DNA of 63,532 bases, filler included, from Conidiobolus incongruus B7586 (Eukaryota): the NCBI GenBank assembly GCA_000697335.1. It is 9 parts of 9 records of this genome, joined end to end, with 100 filler letters (N's around TTAATTAATTAA, not from the genome) between each part and the next. Parts side by side here need not be neighbours in the genome. Positions count along the whole stretch, not along the records: positions 18,291 to 35,323 come from JNEM01006495.1; positions 35,424 to 44,239 come from JNEM01006497.1; 7 more parts are not named here. The stretch is one strand, 5' to 3'. Made by a program: the position numbers and the translations under genes. Numbering within the stretch: position 1 is the first letter of the stretch; each line of letters begins with the position of its first letter. This document shows, one piece after another, positions 27,216 to 39,947 of the stretch. The notes below the pieces were generated by a model. That model searched no databases and was not told where the DNA came from. It saw nothing but the letters and a program-made list of their open reading frames with translations.

Positions 27216-28583
27216 TTATTTAATTAATTTAACCAATTTACCATCTATAAAAGTTGGTAAAAATTTATAATACTTTAAAAATTTACTCGCGAGTAGAATA
27301 TGACTTCCAAAGAACCAAATACTGGCGAACCAGATGGGAACGAAGGTATTTTGTGATTGAAATTCTAGCAAGTATGCGAATAGAAGCCAGCACGCTTGGC
27401 TCAAAGTCCAGCTAATCGCTCCAAATACTAGGGGTTTGGTCCCGGTCTTGTCAATTTGAATGAGGATTAGAGGCAGTAGGGCTAGGTACCAGATGAAATA
27501 CTGACTTGTGGACACTTTGTTAAATGCTACGAATAAGAATGTTTGCAGGAACCAATTCAATTGAATATCGCGTTTTAGGCCAATTCCCCAAATTAAAACT
27601 ATCAACAATTGAGGGGCAAAACTCATAAGACCTGTAAACCCACTGGACGATTGGTTATTATAAGTTAAATACAGAGGTAAAAACCAAACAGAAAAATTAT
27701 GACGATGATCCTTCCTGATGAAGTGGTACCAGTAGGTGTGGTGGAGGAATTCGTTCCCAAACTGCAGATAGAATATAAGGTTAAGGGTTAGAAAAGTAGC
27801 TGCGGAATATACGAACAACTCAACGCGGGTAGTATTAATCACGTCGTGGAATTTTTTGGGAACGATACGTCTCAACAATTTACTGGTAAAATTAACAGGA
27901 TTCAACATTTTCAAAGTGAATTTGCGTTTGGAATGTCTTCCCCCACTCGCCTGACTTACAGCTCTTTTCCCTAATCGTTTCAATCTTAAAAACTCTCTGG
28001 GATAATTCTTGTCCAAGACACCCAAAATAGAAATTGCATAAATGATAGGATACAGTTTGAATTGAACGCTAAGTCCGAATAAAATACATCCCAAAATGAA
28101 TCGATTCTTTAAAAAACTGTATAAACTACCCAATATCATTAAAATGAGAACGGATTCACAATTCCCTCTGGTGGAAATCGTAGCGACGAAGGGATTTAAC
28201 AACCAGGTATATCCGATCATTCTGTTAACTTTCTGCTCTGACTGTTCTCTTATCAATCCCAACTGAATCAAAATATGACCACATATCAAATCACATATAC
28301 TAAATATCCATTTGCCAAAGCTTTGGTGTAACAAATGATTGGGAGCTACCATATACGCCAACAGCGGAGTGTATCTATAAGTTGACCTATCGTAAGGACT
28401 CCCGCCATCCAAGAGGAATTTCGCAGCGTCAGTCACCACTTTGTAATCCACATCAGTATACGGTACTTCACTGTAAAGATCTTGATATTCGCTCCAAAAT
28501 AGTAAAATTAGACGTAATAGGAAGGAGAATGTGAATAATTTGAATTTAGAACCAAATATTAATGAATTGATTTGATTTATCAT
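27216..28583 (-). CDS. GPI14: GPI mannosyltransferase I catalytic subunit (PIG-M)
   Basis: YTDVDY (DXD), SPYDRSTYRYTPLLA, ISTRGN, FKLYPIIY, RKDHRHNFS, FNKVSTSQYF; multi-pass TM; C-terminal dilysine-like ER signal. Confidence 0.96.
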   Translation of the reverse strand: MINQINSLIFGSKFKLFTFSFLLRLILLFWSEYQDLYSEVPYTDVDYKVVTDAAKFLLDGGSPYDRSTYRYTPLLAYMVAPNHLLHQSFGKWIFSICDLICGHILIQLGLIREQSEQKVNRMIGYTWLLNPFVATISTRGNCESVLILMILGSLYSFLKNRFILGCILFGLSVQFKLYPIIYAISILGVLDKNYPREFLRLKRLGKRAVSQASGGRHSKRKFTLKMLNPVNFTSKLLRRIVPKKFHDVINTTRVELFVYSAATFLTLNLIFYLQFGNEFLHHTYWYHFIRKDHRHNFSVWFLPLYLTYNNQSSSGFTGLMSFAPQLLIVLIWGIGLKRDIQLNWFLQTFLFVAFNKVSTSQYFIWYLALLPLILIQIDKTGTKPLVFGAISWTLSQACWLLFAYLLEFQSQNTFVPIWFASIWFFGSHILLASKFLKYYKFLPTFIDGKLVKLIK

Positions 28584-28736
28584 AATTTAAATTGGATAAA
28601 AGGGGTGATGTGACATAATTTGATTAATTTAATTTTATTGATAATAGTTTAGAATTTATGGGTTGAAAAAAAATTTTTATAAAAAAATTAGAAATTTTAG
28701 TAAAAATTTTTAATAGAATAATTAATTAATTAAATA

Positions 28737-29054
28737 TTACTAAAGAATTAAAGAAATGGGAAATTTTTTAATTTCTAATTTTTCAAACATATTACTAGTT
28801 TCAAATAAAAAAATATATATAAAACAAATAAGAAAATATATATATTTAAAATAATTTTTTTTGATTAAAAAAATAATTTTTTAAAATTAGTTATTTAATT
28901 TGATTATGTTTAAACTAAATAGTAACTATCACAAGTTTTTTATTTTAGTATTAGTAAAATTTAATCATAAATCCTCTAAAATCATAAAAAATTCATAAGC
29001 AACTTTTAATAATAAAACATTATTTAAATTAACAATTTATTACTAAGTAAATTA
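28737..29054 (+). mobile_element. Mariner 5' portion, interrupted at a TA by copy 3
   Basis: Left end plus transposase N-terminus up to ..ACTAAGTAAATTA, followed immediately by a new TIR TTACCTTAAATTT. Confidence 0.8.
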
Positions 29055-30346
29055 TTACCTTAAATTTAAAGTAATAAGAAATTTTTTAATTTTTGATTTT
29101 TCAAACATATTATTAATTTGAAATAAATAAATATATATAAAGTTAATAGGAAATTATATATTTATATATAATAATTTTTTTAATTAAAAAATTAACTTTT
29201 TAAAATTAATTGTTTAATTTATTATATTTAAACTAAATAATAATTATCAAAAGTTTTTTATTTTAATATTAGTAAAACTTAACTATAAACCCTTTAAAAT
29301 TATTTAAAATCTATAAATAACTTTTAATAATAAAATATTATCTAAATTAACAATTTATTACTAAGTAAATTACTTTAAAGTTAAGAGAGAAACTATTTAA
29401 AACTTCTTAAAATTAAAAAACTAACTTTAATTATTATACTTTTAATTGTTAATAAAGTGAAAAAATATATTAAAAAGTACTTTTTTATTTCAGTTAAAAA
29501 ATTATCTAAATACTTTAATATTAGTTTTACAAGTATTTTATATATATTAAAGTTTAAACTCAAATTAATAAATAAAAATATAAAATAAATACTTTATAAT
29601 TTAACTAAAGCTTAAAAAAAAGTTAGAGTAGTTATTGTTAAATAAAACTTACTAAAATATTACTAGATGTTTAAACTTTTACAGTGAATAATTATAATTG
29701 ATGAATTTTAAATCTTTATATATAATCTTTTATTAAAACACAAATCAAGATGTTAAATTAAGTTAAATCAACCCCTTTTATAAATCCTTTTAAATAAACA
29801 TTTTATTAATAAGCAAATGTTAATTATTATAATAGATTATAATAGTATATGCTATTCTTATTTAATTTTTGAAGGAAAATTAATTAATAATAAATTTTAT
29901 ATTGTTTTTTTAAATAAAAGTATTTTTAATTAGTATTCTCAATATAATTTGAAAAAACTTATTATTTTACATGTTAATTATAAAATATATAAATTTAAAA
30001 TTATAAAAAACTTTCTAATTAAAAATAACTAGAAAAAATTACCATATCTAGTATATTCTTTAGATTATAACCTATGTAATTATAATTATTTTAAGCAATT
30101 AAAAAACTAGCTTACAAAAAAATCTTTATAAGAAAATTTAATTGGTTTATAAAATATTAAATTTCAATCTTTAATAAAAAAAACTATTTTTCAAATGTTA
30201 GATCTTTGTTAAAAGTATAGCAAAAAGTTATTAGGAATAAAAAAATTATTAATTTTATATTATATATTTATTTATATTTTTTATATATTAAAATATATAT
30301 TTTTTTTCAATCACAAAAAATTCCTATTATTTAAACTACAAAGTAA
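29055..30346 (+). mobile_element. Full-length hypermutated mariner, copy 3
   Basis: Colinear with copy 2 including the DE (~29700) and YSLD (~30054) relic motifs; right TIR ..TTCCTATTATTTAAACTACAAAGTAA|TA. Confidence 0.9.
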
Positions 30347-30744
30347 TATATATTAGAATTAATTAAGTAATTATATAAATATTAACAGAATATATTTGAT
30401 TTAATTTAAATCTCTTATTATTAAATTTATTAGATTATGGAAAATAATGTTGAATTCTAATATAGAAAATAAACAATAGTTTGTCTAAAATAACATAACT
30501 TTTTAGACTTATTTTCAACTGAGTTAATATATATATATATATTGATTTAGAAAAATGATAGAATTAGTTATAAAGATTTTTTTATATTGATATTCTTATA
30601 ATAGATTAATTGTTTCAACATCATGAATTCAGGACTTAATTCAAATACTTTATTTAAATTCTTTATCTCATTCCTTGGCATCAATACTTGAATTAAGTAT
30701 TAAAATTATTAATAAAATTGAAATTGGATTACAATAGTTTATTA

Positions 30745-31614
30745 TCAGTCACAATAAGAATTATATTGATGATTCCAAAAATTTTTGTGATAAGTATGAA
30801 ATTTATCTTGAAAGTGTATAACACATTCAATAGGGTCGAGAAATCGATCGGTACCACAATTTGTTCCATTGGAAGGAGGTGCAGCTAATATTGGGTACTC
30901 GTAATGCTGATATCCAGGTTCCACGGGCAAATTTGGTATGACATCTTGGGGATTGAATACTCGAGAGCTAACAAGGCCACAGCTATTGAGATAATTCGTA
31001 AATGCAGAATCGCCAACTCTAGGAGCCGAATAAGTGATCAATTTAGTATTATTCCAATCGATGAGTTTGTCAGCTCTCGCCATTAATAGCGCAATAACGG
31101 CCAATGCACCCCCTAAACTGTGACCAGTGAACAGCAAGTCATAGTTGGGACGTTCGTTTTTAGCCCACTTCAAAGCATCCCTTACCAGAGGGTACACACT
31201 CATCACATCGATCCAAAACCCCTTGTGCACCAGCATTGGTGTATTATCCACAACCATCGGCATTGGTAACAAATCCAAATTCAGGATCCAATTTTTTAGA
31301 TCTTTTGAACCTCTGAAAGCCATCACAATCAGTTTTTCATTATCGTCAATTGCTGTATACCCTGTGACGTTGAGGAATTCGTTGTAGATATATTTCGTTT
31401 GGATTTGGCTACTATTGCCTTTGCAGTAAGGTTTGCACGTCCATGAAAGAATGTCCTCCTCTTTGCAATAGGTTGTGAATGGGTAATGGATGTAGTTTTG
31501 AGCGTCTATCTCTGTCCCAGATTGGATTTTCATTAAAGATTTGGTTATTGGTAGAAGGGGTTCAAGCTGAGAATGTATTGTTAATAAACAATTTGCTAAA
31601 ATTAATAGCTTCAT
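30745..31614 (-). CDS. Secreted class 3 lipase (alpha/beta hydrolase), paralogue A
   Basis: Signal peptide; IVMAFRGS, VHKGF, TGHSLGG nucleophile elbow, TYSAPRVGD, DVIPNLP. Confidence 0.93.
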   Translation of the reverse strand: MKLLILANCLLTIHSQLEPLLPITKSLMKIQSGTEIDAQNYIHYPFTTYCKEEDILSWTCKPYCKGNSSQIQTKYIYNEFLNVTGYTAIDDNEKLIVMAFRGSKDLKNWILNLDLLPMPMVVDNTPMLVHKGFWIDVMSVYPLVRDALKWAKNERPNYDLLFTGHSLGGALAVIALLMARADKLIDWNNTKLITYSAPRVGDSAFTNYLNSCGLVSSRVFNPQDVIPNLPVEPGYQHYEYPILAAPPSNGTNCGTDRFLDPIECVIHFQDKFHTYHKNFWNHQYNSYCD

Positions 31615-32821
31615 TTCTATCCAATATTAAAAGAAATTAATTAATCAAAAGTTACAAAAGCACTATATCCTGTAGACTTATATATCAAATTCAAATTATG
31701 CTAATTACTCAATATCTACATAGATATAACTACACCTTTCGAAATTAACATGTTTAAAACCACTAAAATTACCGAATTTAATGAAAATCATTAATGATAG
31801 CATTAAAACGATTATTTTTTAACATAAACATTCTTTTTTATTATTATTATTAATTTTGATTAATATAATTAATATCAATTTTTAAAGATTATTTTAAAAT
31901 AATTTATTCAAATTATGAAATATAAAAGAAATTAGAGATAATTAGTAATCATTCCAAAAAAATGTATTTGATTTAATTTCTTAAATAGTTATTAACTATA
32001 ATGGCATATTTAAAATTTAATTCTATTATAAAAATTACATTTGATATTATTTATCACTTTTTTTCCAAAATATGAAAATTATAATTAATTTTTAAGTATA
32101 AATAAAATATATTGAATATTGAAATATTTTACTTGATGTCAATAATATTTATATTATTATAGGAATTTATTATGACTTAGTGATTTGATTATTATAATTT
32201 GATCAAAACAAGGGTATTTTTAATTATAGTATATTAGAATAATTGAAATAGATTGAAGTTTATTGTTGAATATCACTCATTATGGTTAATAGCCACATAA
32301 TTGGATGATCAATCTCAATAACGTTATAAAATATAACCAAAAAGCTATTTCATACATCTTTATATCTAACATAATTGTTAATATTAAAAATAATATTTAA
32401 TCAATATTCAATATAACAATTTTTGAATTATTTGTCTTATTTTGAATTTATATTATATTAAATTTTCAATTATTTCTTTAATATTAAAATATCTATATAT
32501 CATCAATATAATAATTTCATTAATATAATAAATTTTTATTATTTATTTTAAATTAATTATTAAAATTGAGAAAAATGAATTAAAATATTATTAATTAATT
32601 AATTATTAATACTTTAAATATTATTATAGAATTTTTGGTTAATTTAAAATTTTTTTAAAAATAATATAACTCTAAATTAATAGAATGTTAATTAATTTTA
32701 TTAGTAATATAATATATATTAATTAATTTAAATTAAATAATTTTTATTTATTTAAAGTTTAATTAATAATTTAAGAATAATAACTCTACTATTCTGTAAT
32801 TATGTAATATTCCTTTAAAAT

Positions 32822-33688
32822 TCAGCATGATTTACCATAATCCTCACCCCAAAATCTAAAATGATAGTAAGCAAACTTGTCGAAATGATTAAAAATACAT
32901 TCGAAAGGATCTATATAAGTATCCATACCGCAATTCGTACCATTGGATGGTGGTGCCGCTAGGAGAGGGAATTCAATATGTCGATATATTGGATCGGGAG
33001 GTAAATTGGGAACAATGTCCTGAGGATGAAAAACCCTTAGGCTTGGGAAATCTTTTCCATTTATAAAATTCATTAGAGATGCATCACCGACTCGGGGTGA
33101 CGAATAAGTGATCAGTTTGGCATCTTCCCAGTCAATGATATTGTCTTGATAAAGTTTTAGTAGTGACAATGTTGCCAAGGCTCCACCCAAGCTGTGGCCT
33201 GTGAATAATACTGGATAGTTAGGTCTTTTCAATCTAGCCCACCTTAGTGCATTCCGAATCTTGGAATACATACTAAACATATCGAACCAGAATCCTTTAT
33301 GCACTCCCATAAGTTTCCCTTTAACAACAATGGACCAAATGGAAAAATCAAAATTTGCTAACCAATTTTGAAAATTCCTGGTACCTCGAAAAGATATAAC
33401 TATATGCTGTTCATTATCGTTGATTGCTGTAAACCCACTCACATTGTAAAATTGATTGTGTATGTATTGAACTAGGATTTTTGTAGGGTCGCCCCTGCAA
33501 TATTCTGAGCATCTCCATTCTCGAACATCTTGGGGTTTGCAGTATGCTGCCATTGGGTAGAATATGTATTGACGTGCTTCTTGTTCCGATCCATATTTGA
33601 TTCGTGGTTCTGGTGCGATAGCTTGAAAAGGTGATTGAATCTGAGATTCAATTGCTATTAGATAATTCATTATGAAAATTAGCTTCAT
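32822..33688 (-). CDS. Secreted class 3 lipase, paralogue B
   Basis: Signal-peptide-like N-terminus; VISFRGT, VHKGF, TGHSLGG, PRVGD, DIVPNLP; colinear with 30745..31614. Confidence 0.93.
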   Translation of the reverse strand: MKLIFIMNYLIAIESQIQSPFQAIAPEPRIKYGSEQEARQYIFYPMAAYCKPQDVREWRCSEYCRGDPTKILVQYIHNQFYNVSGFTAINDNEQHIVISFRGTRNFQNWLANFDFSIWSIVVKGKLMGVHKGFWFDMFSMYSKIRNALRWARLKRPNYPVLFTGHSLGGALATLSLLKLYQDNIIDWEDAKLITYSSPRVGDASLMNFINGKDFPSLRVFHPQDIVPNLPPDPIYRHIEFPLLAAPPSNGTNCGMDTYIDPFECIFNHFDKFAYYHFRFWGEDYGKSC

Positions 33689-34439
33689 TATTTATATTGT
33701 TATTTTATTATTTTATAGATAAAATATAATTTGATTACATATATATATATATATTAACTTTAATAAATTTAAACCATTTTTAAAATTGTTTAATTTGTCA
33801 TTGATCATCTTAAGAAAATTTAACAGTCTAATATTTAATTAATCCTTAAATATAAATTGCATCTGAAATATTTCACATTCGTTGATTTAATAATATTTAT
33901 ATGTAATATTATACTGATCAATTCAATCATTTGCAATAAATTAAATAATATTTTGTTAATTGTTAAAGATTTGGGTTAATTGCGAATAAAAATGAAATAG
34001 ATCTCTATTATTATTTTTAAATCATAATAATAAACTATTAATTGTACTATTGATTTAATGCTCATTTAAGTACAATTCTAAAAATATCTAAATGATTATT
34101 GAAATTATAAATTTAAGTGGGTTTGGAGTCTAAATTTAACAATCTTTTCATTATTTTCAATTGAATATTATTGAACAATTCTTATGATTTGATATAAATT
34201 TTGCGGAAAGTGATCATCATTTAAGTCACTAAATTTGAGATAAACTAATAAATTTTATTCAATTGAATTCAAGTTATGACTTTGCATAAAATTTTTAAAA
34301 ACTTTATTGAGGTTCTGATAATAATTTATATTTTAAAAAATAAGTTGGAATGTTTTAAAGCTTTGATAGTGTGCAAAGGTAATATTTCATATAAAATAAA
34401 AGGTGACAATTGTCATATGTATATCTATATATAATTTAA

Positions 34440-34548
34440 GACTATAAAACTTCCTATTTATTTTGTATATATTTATTTATTTAAAACTACTAATTTGTTT
34501 GAAAAATCAGAAATTAAAAAATTTCTTATTATTGCAAATTCAAGGTAA
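34440..34548 (-). mobile_element. Isolated mariner left-end fragment
   Basis: GAAAAATCAGAAATTAAAAAATTTCTTATTATTGCAAATTCAAGGTAA|TA is the reverse complement of the left TIR. Confidence 0.75.
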
Positions 34549-34829
34549 TATCTAAACAAAGTAATAAAATGGATAATTTAAAATTACTTATAATTATAAT
34601 GATATTTAATTACTTATAATTGATTTTATTTTAAACTATTTTATATTAAAACATTATTGAATATAATTGATGAACCTATAATATATATTTAATATATAAT
34701 TTAGTTTAAATTTAAAATTAACAAATTAGTTACTTTTATTAAATTCTAAATTTATAACAAAATTTTAATAATTTTAACTAAATAATTATAATTTTTTGAA
34801 TCAAAAATCAAATAAAAAATAATTAATAT

Positions 34830-35323
34830 TAAAAATAGAATTAATAAAGTGGGAAATTTTTTAATTTCTGATTTTTCAAACTTTTTATTATTTTCAAATA
34901 AAAAAAATAATTTTTTAAAATTAGTTTTTTTTAATTATACTTAAATTAAACAGTAATCATTAAAAGTTTTTTATTTTAATATTAGTAATATTAAACCATA
35001 AACCTTTTAAAATTATTTAAAATTTATAAGCAGCTATTAATAATGAAGTATTATTTAAATTAATAATTTATTTCAAAATATATTACTTTAAAGTTAAAAA
35101 AAACTATTTAAAACTTGTTAAAATTTAAAAGATTAATTTTAACTATTATTTTTTCAATTATTAATAAAGTAAAAAAATATATTAATAAGTATTTTTTAAT
35201 TTTAATTAAAAAATTATTAAAATATTTTAATATTAGTTATATAAGTATTATATATATATATTAAAGTATAAATTAAAATTAATTAATAAAAATATAAAAT
35301 AAGTATTTTACAATTTAACTAAA
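34830..35323 (+). mobile_element. Mariner 5' part truncated by gap
   Basis: Aligns to ~16660..17213 of copy 2. Confidence 0.85.
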
Positions 35324-36494
35324 NNNNNNNNNNNNNNNNNNNNNNNNNNNNNNNNNNNNNNNNNNNNTTAATTAATTAANNNNNNNNNNNNNNNNNNNNN
35401 NNNNNNNNNNNNNNNNNNNNNNNTTATATTTAGATTATTAATTTAATAATTAAATTTTAATTTCAAAACTATGCCATTATTTAATTTCTATATTAATAAT
35501 ATATATTTATAATGATAAAATATATAATTTTTATTGATTTATATTAGAATCTTTACAAAATATAAGAAAAATTATAAATATATTTATTAGATTCATATAT
35601 AAGTAATTTTTAAATAACTTGGAAGTTTATTATATTTAAGTAAAAATAAAGCTATATTAAATCTATATATTGATATAACTAAATAATATTAAAATTTAAA
35701 CAAATTCATAATTAAAGTCTAATAGTATTACTATAGAAAAATTAAAATTGAGTGTATATTGTAACAAAGTAAGTTGGTTAATGTCAAGACCATATAATCA
35801 ACTTTACTGAGTTTATACCATAAGGGAAATATATTTAAAGTATTTGATTTTAGTATATTTTGAAAATATTTGATGAAAAATATTCCAATATTACAAAAAC
35901 ATCATTTACAATTTAAAGTTTCAAAATAAATTAAACAATAATAAGATTAATGATATAATAAATGAAAAAATAAAAGTATTGAATAATATATATCAGTTTT
36001 AAGAAAAACTATACAATGATTATTATTCAATTTTTTTGAAAAAAAAATCCAATTCATTTATTAAAAGGAGTCTAAAAAATAGATGCCGATGGTATAAACT
36101 AAAATAGAGTTTATTATTTTATTACTGGTACAAACTGATCAATAATTTTTTAAAAATTGTATTTTATTAAATACAATAATCTTCGGATGAAATATTTCAA
36201 CTAAATTATAAGATTGATCTCAAATATTGAATTCAATATATTTCAGATTAAATAATCTATATTAAAATAATTAAAATTATATTAATAAATTATGAATGAT
36301 ATAATTGTATAAAATAACATCAAGGAATTGATATGAAAACTAAAAATGATCAAATATTATATATATATATATATATATAATTAATAATTGAAAATTTGGT
36401 ACTCAAGGTATAAAATTAATTATTTATCATTTAAAAATTGTGCATTGTACAAATTTATTTACTGATAAATAAATATAGGAAATATTGGGACGAA

Positions 36495-39153
36495 TTACTC
36501 GGAAATTTCGCCCTCTTCCACTTCTGAATCCTGATTTTGACTGGGCTTTGGCCGCTTGTCGCTGTCGTGAGATGAAGATACTGTAGATTTGTACTTGGAC
36601 TCGGATTGCCTAGGACCTGAGCTCTTCTGTGGATAGAAGCCTCCAAACATATTTAATGCTTCCCGAGGACGAGGGGGTGGCATGTGGGAAGGAGGTTGTG
36701 GGTGTGAAGGATATCCAGGATGGCCATACCAATAGTTATGAGAATTGACAGGTCGCATTCCATAATGCATTTGGTGATGTGGTGGAGGATGAGACATTAC
36801 ATGCTGCAAATTGGAATGTGACATTGTTCTTGATGCAAGATGATGATGATGGGGTGGGTAATAGTTTTTGGATTGGGTAGAAGGTGGTGATAATTCATCG
36901 TTTGAGTGAAGTTCACCTTCTTCATCACTTTCATCAGGTTTTTGACTTGGTGCACTGTCTTTTACTTTTGGAGAAGAACTGGGAGATGATTTAAGTTGAG
37001 CTGATTGACTCACCGGTTGCTTTGATTTCGGCGGAGTATGCTTGAGAGGGGAGGATTTAAGTGATGAGGATGGCTTGAAACGTTCGGGGGTTCTTTGTTT
37101 AAGAGCAGTATTTGAAACCAATGGCGATCTGTTTTTAAAGGGTGTTTTTGGGGTCGTACTTTTCGGAATCTTTGGAGATGAGTCGATAGGCAATGATTTT
37201 TGCTTTTGAACAGGAGTTCTAGGTGCCTCATTGACGGTAGATTGTGTGGATGAAGATAATCGGTTTTGGACCGGTGATTCTGCGGTAGGAGAATGTTTTT
37301 GCTTGTGAATTTCATTTGACGATTGCGTTGAAGGTTGAGAGACCTCTTGTTTGATTAGGGGAGAGGATGACTTCTGCGATATTTCTTCAATAGATCGTTT
37401 TTTAGAATTACTCTGCTCATTCAATGGTTGATCCTTAGATAAAGTATCAATCTGTTGAGGAGATTGCACCTGAGGTATCGGTGAGGGTTTAGATGTAGGG
37501 GATGCTACTGACTTGATTTCTTCTTGGGATGATATAATAGATTCTTTGCGCTTTTTTGGACCACCACTTGGTTTCAGGGGCTGAGGGAAATTTAGATCGG
37601 ATTCAATTTGAACATCAAGTAACACTTCTTCAACATCTGGACCGTTTGCATTGTATAATAAATGATTTACAGATTCGATATCTATAATTTCATCTTCACC
37701 GTCCACGTTTTTAGAATTAGCTGAGCCTTTCTGATTTTCATTGGATAGAATAATATCAAATTCATCTTCCTTTTCAACATATTCTACATTCTCTTCTAAT
37801 TCAACGAATTTAGGTGCAAAAGCTGACCAAAGTTGAGGATATGTGGGTTCCCAAAAATAGGTATTACCAAGAGCTGTTGTAGAGATTACATGAGGTAAGG
37901 TAGGATGCCAAGAAAAATGACGTAGTCCTTCTTTAGGACCTTCTAAGAATTTTTCTAGAATTCCTGATGACTTCAACCACACGTGCAAGATATGCTCTGC
38001 TAAAGACGATATTCCTCCTACAACATAATCTCCAGTATGATCAAATCCGCATTGTGACCATGAAAGTTTATCAATTTGATCAGTAAATCTATTTAATTCC
38101 TTTATCGCAAGAGGCGAGGACTGGAAATTAAACAAATGTATTGATATTCTACAATTCAGTAAAAATTCTCTAAAATTATTATATATTAAAAAATGAATTA
38201 TAAAATTTGAGAATAATTTGAAAAAAAATATTACCTTGAATTAGGATGAAATACAATTTGTATAATTGGTGATGAAGCAACTTTTTTAGTTAAAGCTACC
38301 TAAAATTTTATGAGTACATGTAAGAGCAATGAAAAATATTAAAAATACCTGAGGAGATGAAATTTGATACATAAATAGTGTTCCTTTTAATGTTCCACAT
38401 AGGACATAAGAACTGGTGGGATCAATTGCAATCGATGTATAAGACCCTGCACTAAAAATATATTATTAAATAAAGGCTATATATATGGAAAATAAATAGT
38501 TACTTTTTTAGCAATGATTTAGATTTTGGATCACGATCAGCAATTAATATTGGTGTAATAGTCGGAGGATGATCAAACCCTTTTTCGAAATGAATGAAAA
38601 TAGGCGATTCTTTAGAGAATGCTACAGCGTATTGTTTACTATTAAAAATTATTAGTTTAGCTGAAAAACCCATTAATATAAAAATACCTACCCATTTAAT
38701 AAATTAGCACAGACTGAAGTAACCGAAGATGTACATTCATAACTGAAAAGCTCTTTTAACTCCAAAACATCCCATATTTTAATAGAGTTGCTATCGGACC
38801 CAGTAATGACGTAGCGATTATCTTTAGTCATGCTAATATTGAATATTAATATAGAATTCAAAATAAGAATTCAATATAATATTTACCTCATACAAGTCAC
38901 AGTTCCAGGGTGATCTAGGACTCTTACAATACCGTAAGTGATAGTATCTAAGATATAGCCATATCCATCATTCCCACCGCATAAGATGTAATGACCACTC
39001 GGACTAAATTGTGAAAATAAATAATGTCCTTCTCCTAATTTCTGAGTAACCACTTCAGGAAACTTATGATTAAATGGATCTAAATAAATATTTGTTTAGA
39101 ATATTTATATTCAAATATAGTTGATAAGTGTTACCTAACAACGATAAATTCAT
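36495..39153 (-). CDS. SWD1: COMPASS/Set1C WD40 subunit SWD1 (RBBP5) with long disordered C-terminal extension; about six short introns
   Basis: Start MNLSLL/DPF at 39153; WD40 repeats; LEGPKEGL..WHP; WSAFAPKFVELEENVEYVEKEDEFD signature; ~400-aa S/P/Q/K-rich tail. Confidence 0.93.
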
Positions 39154-39947
39154 CGCTATAAATTTATGTATTTAAATGAATAACAATAATATTAAAAAAT
39201 TGACGTTTATATATTTCTAATATATTTACTATAAAATTATTAATTATAAAGATACTAAAATATTGTTATTATTTATATTTTATTGAAATTTAAATAGTTG
39301 GATTATTATCATTCGTAAATTTAATTAATTTGAAATTGATGATTTTTATTTTGTACTTGGTTAAATTAATTCAAATATGTTATTGGAGCCTTAATTATTA
39401 TGGGATTTTTCAAGTTGGATGATTTCATTGTTTTTATTTTTGAAATATCTTAAAAAATTAATATTACTCTATTTCACAATAATTATAATATTTTATTTTA
39501 TGTCTATTTACTTTTATTAAATGCACAAAACAATAACAAACTTTTTATATATCAAGAAAACTTTAAGTTGCTATTAATTTCTCATTTTTGTAATTACTAG
39601 CTATTTTACATTTAATATTAGCGTGTTTCTTACTAAAATACAGCTTTATATTATCAATATAATACACATTTAAGAGTTACTATTTCAGCAAAAATAATAT
39701 TCAACAATATTGAAATATAAATTATACTATTTTTAATATCCAAAAAAAGTATTTTGAGGTGCTTTTAAAGTAACTCAACTCATGTGACCTTCAGGTAAAT
39801 ATCAATAAATATTCAATTTTTTCCCATAAATCTAACTTTTATCAATAACCCACTGAGCTTATAAAATGAACTAATGATGAAAATGATTCGTATTCACTTC
39901 TTATTAAATATTAATCATTAACAATTTATTAATCAATATTGATAAAT

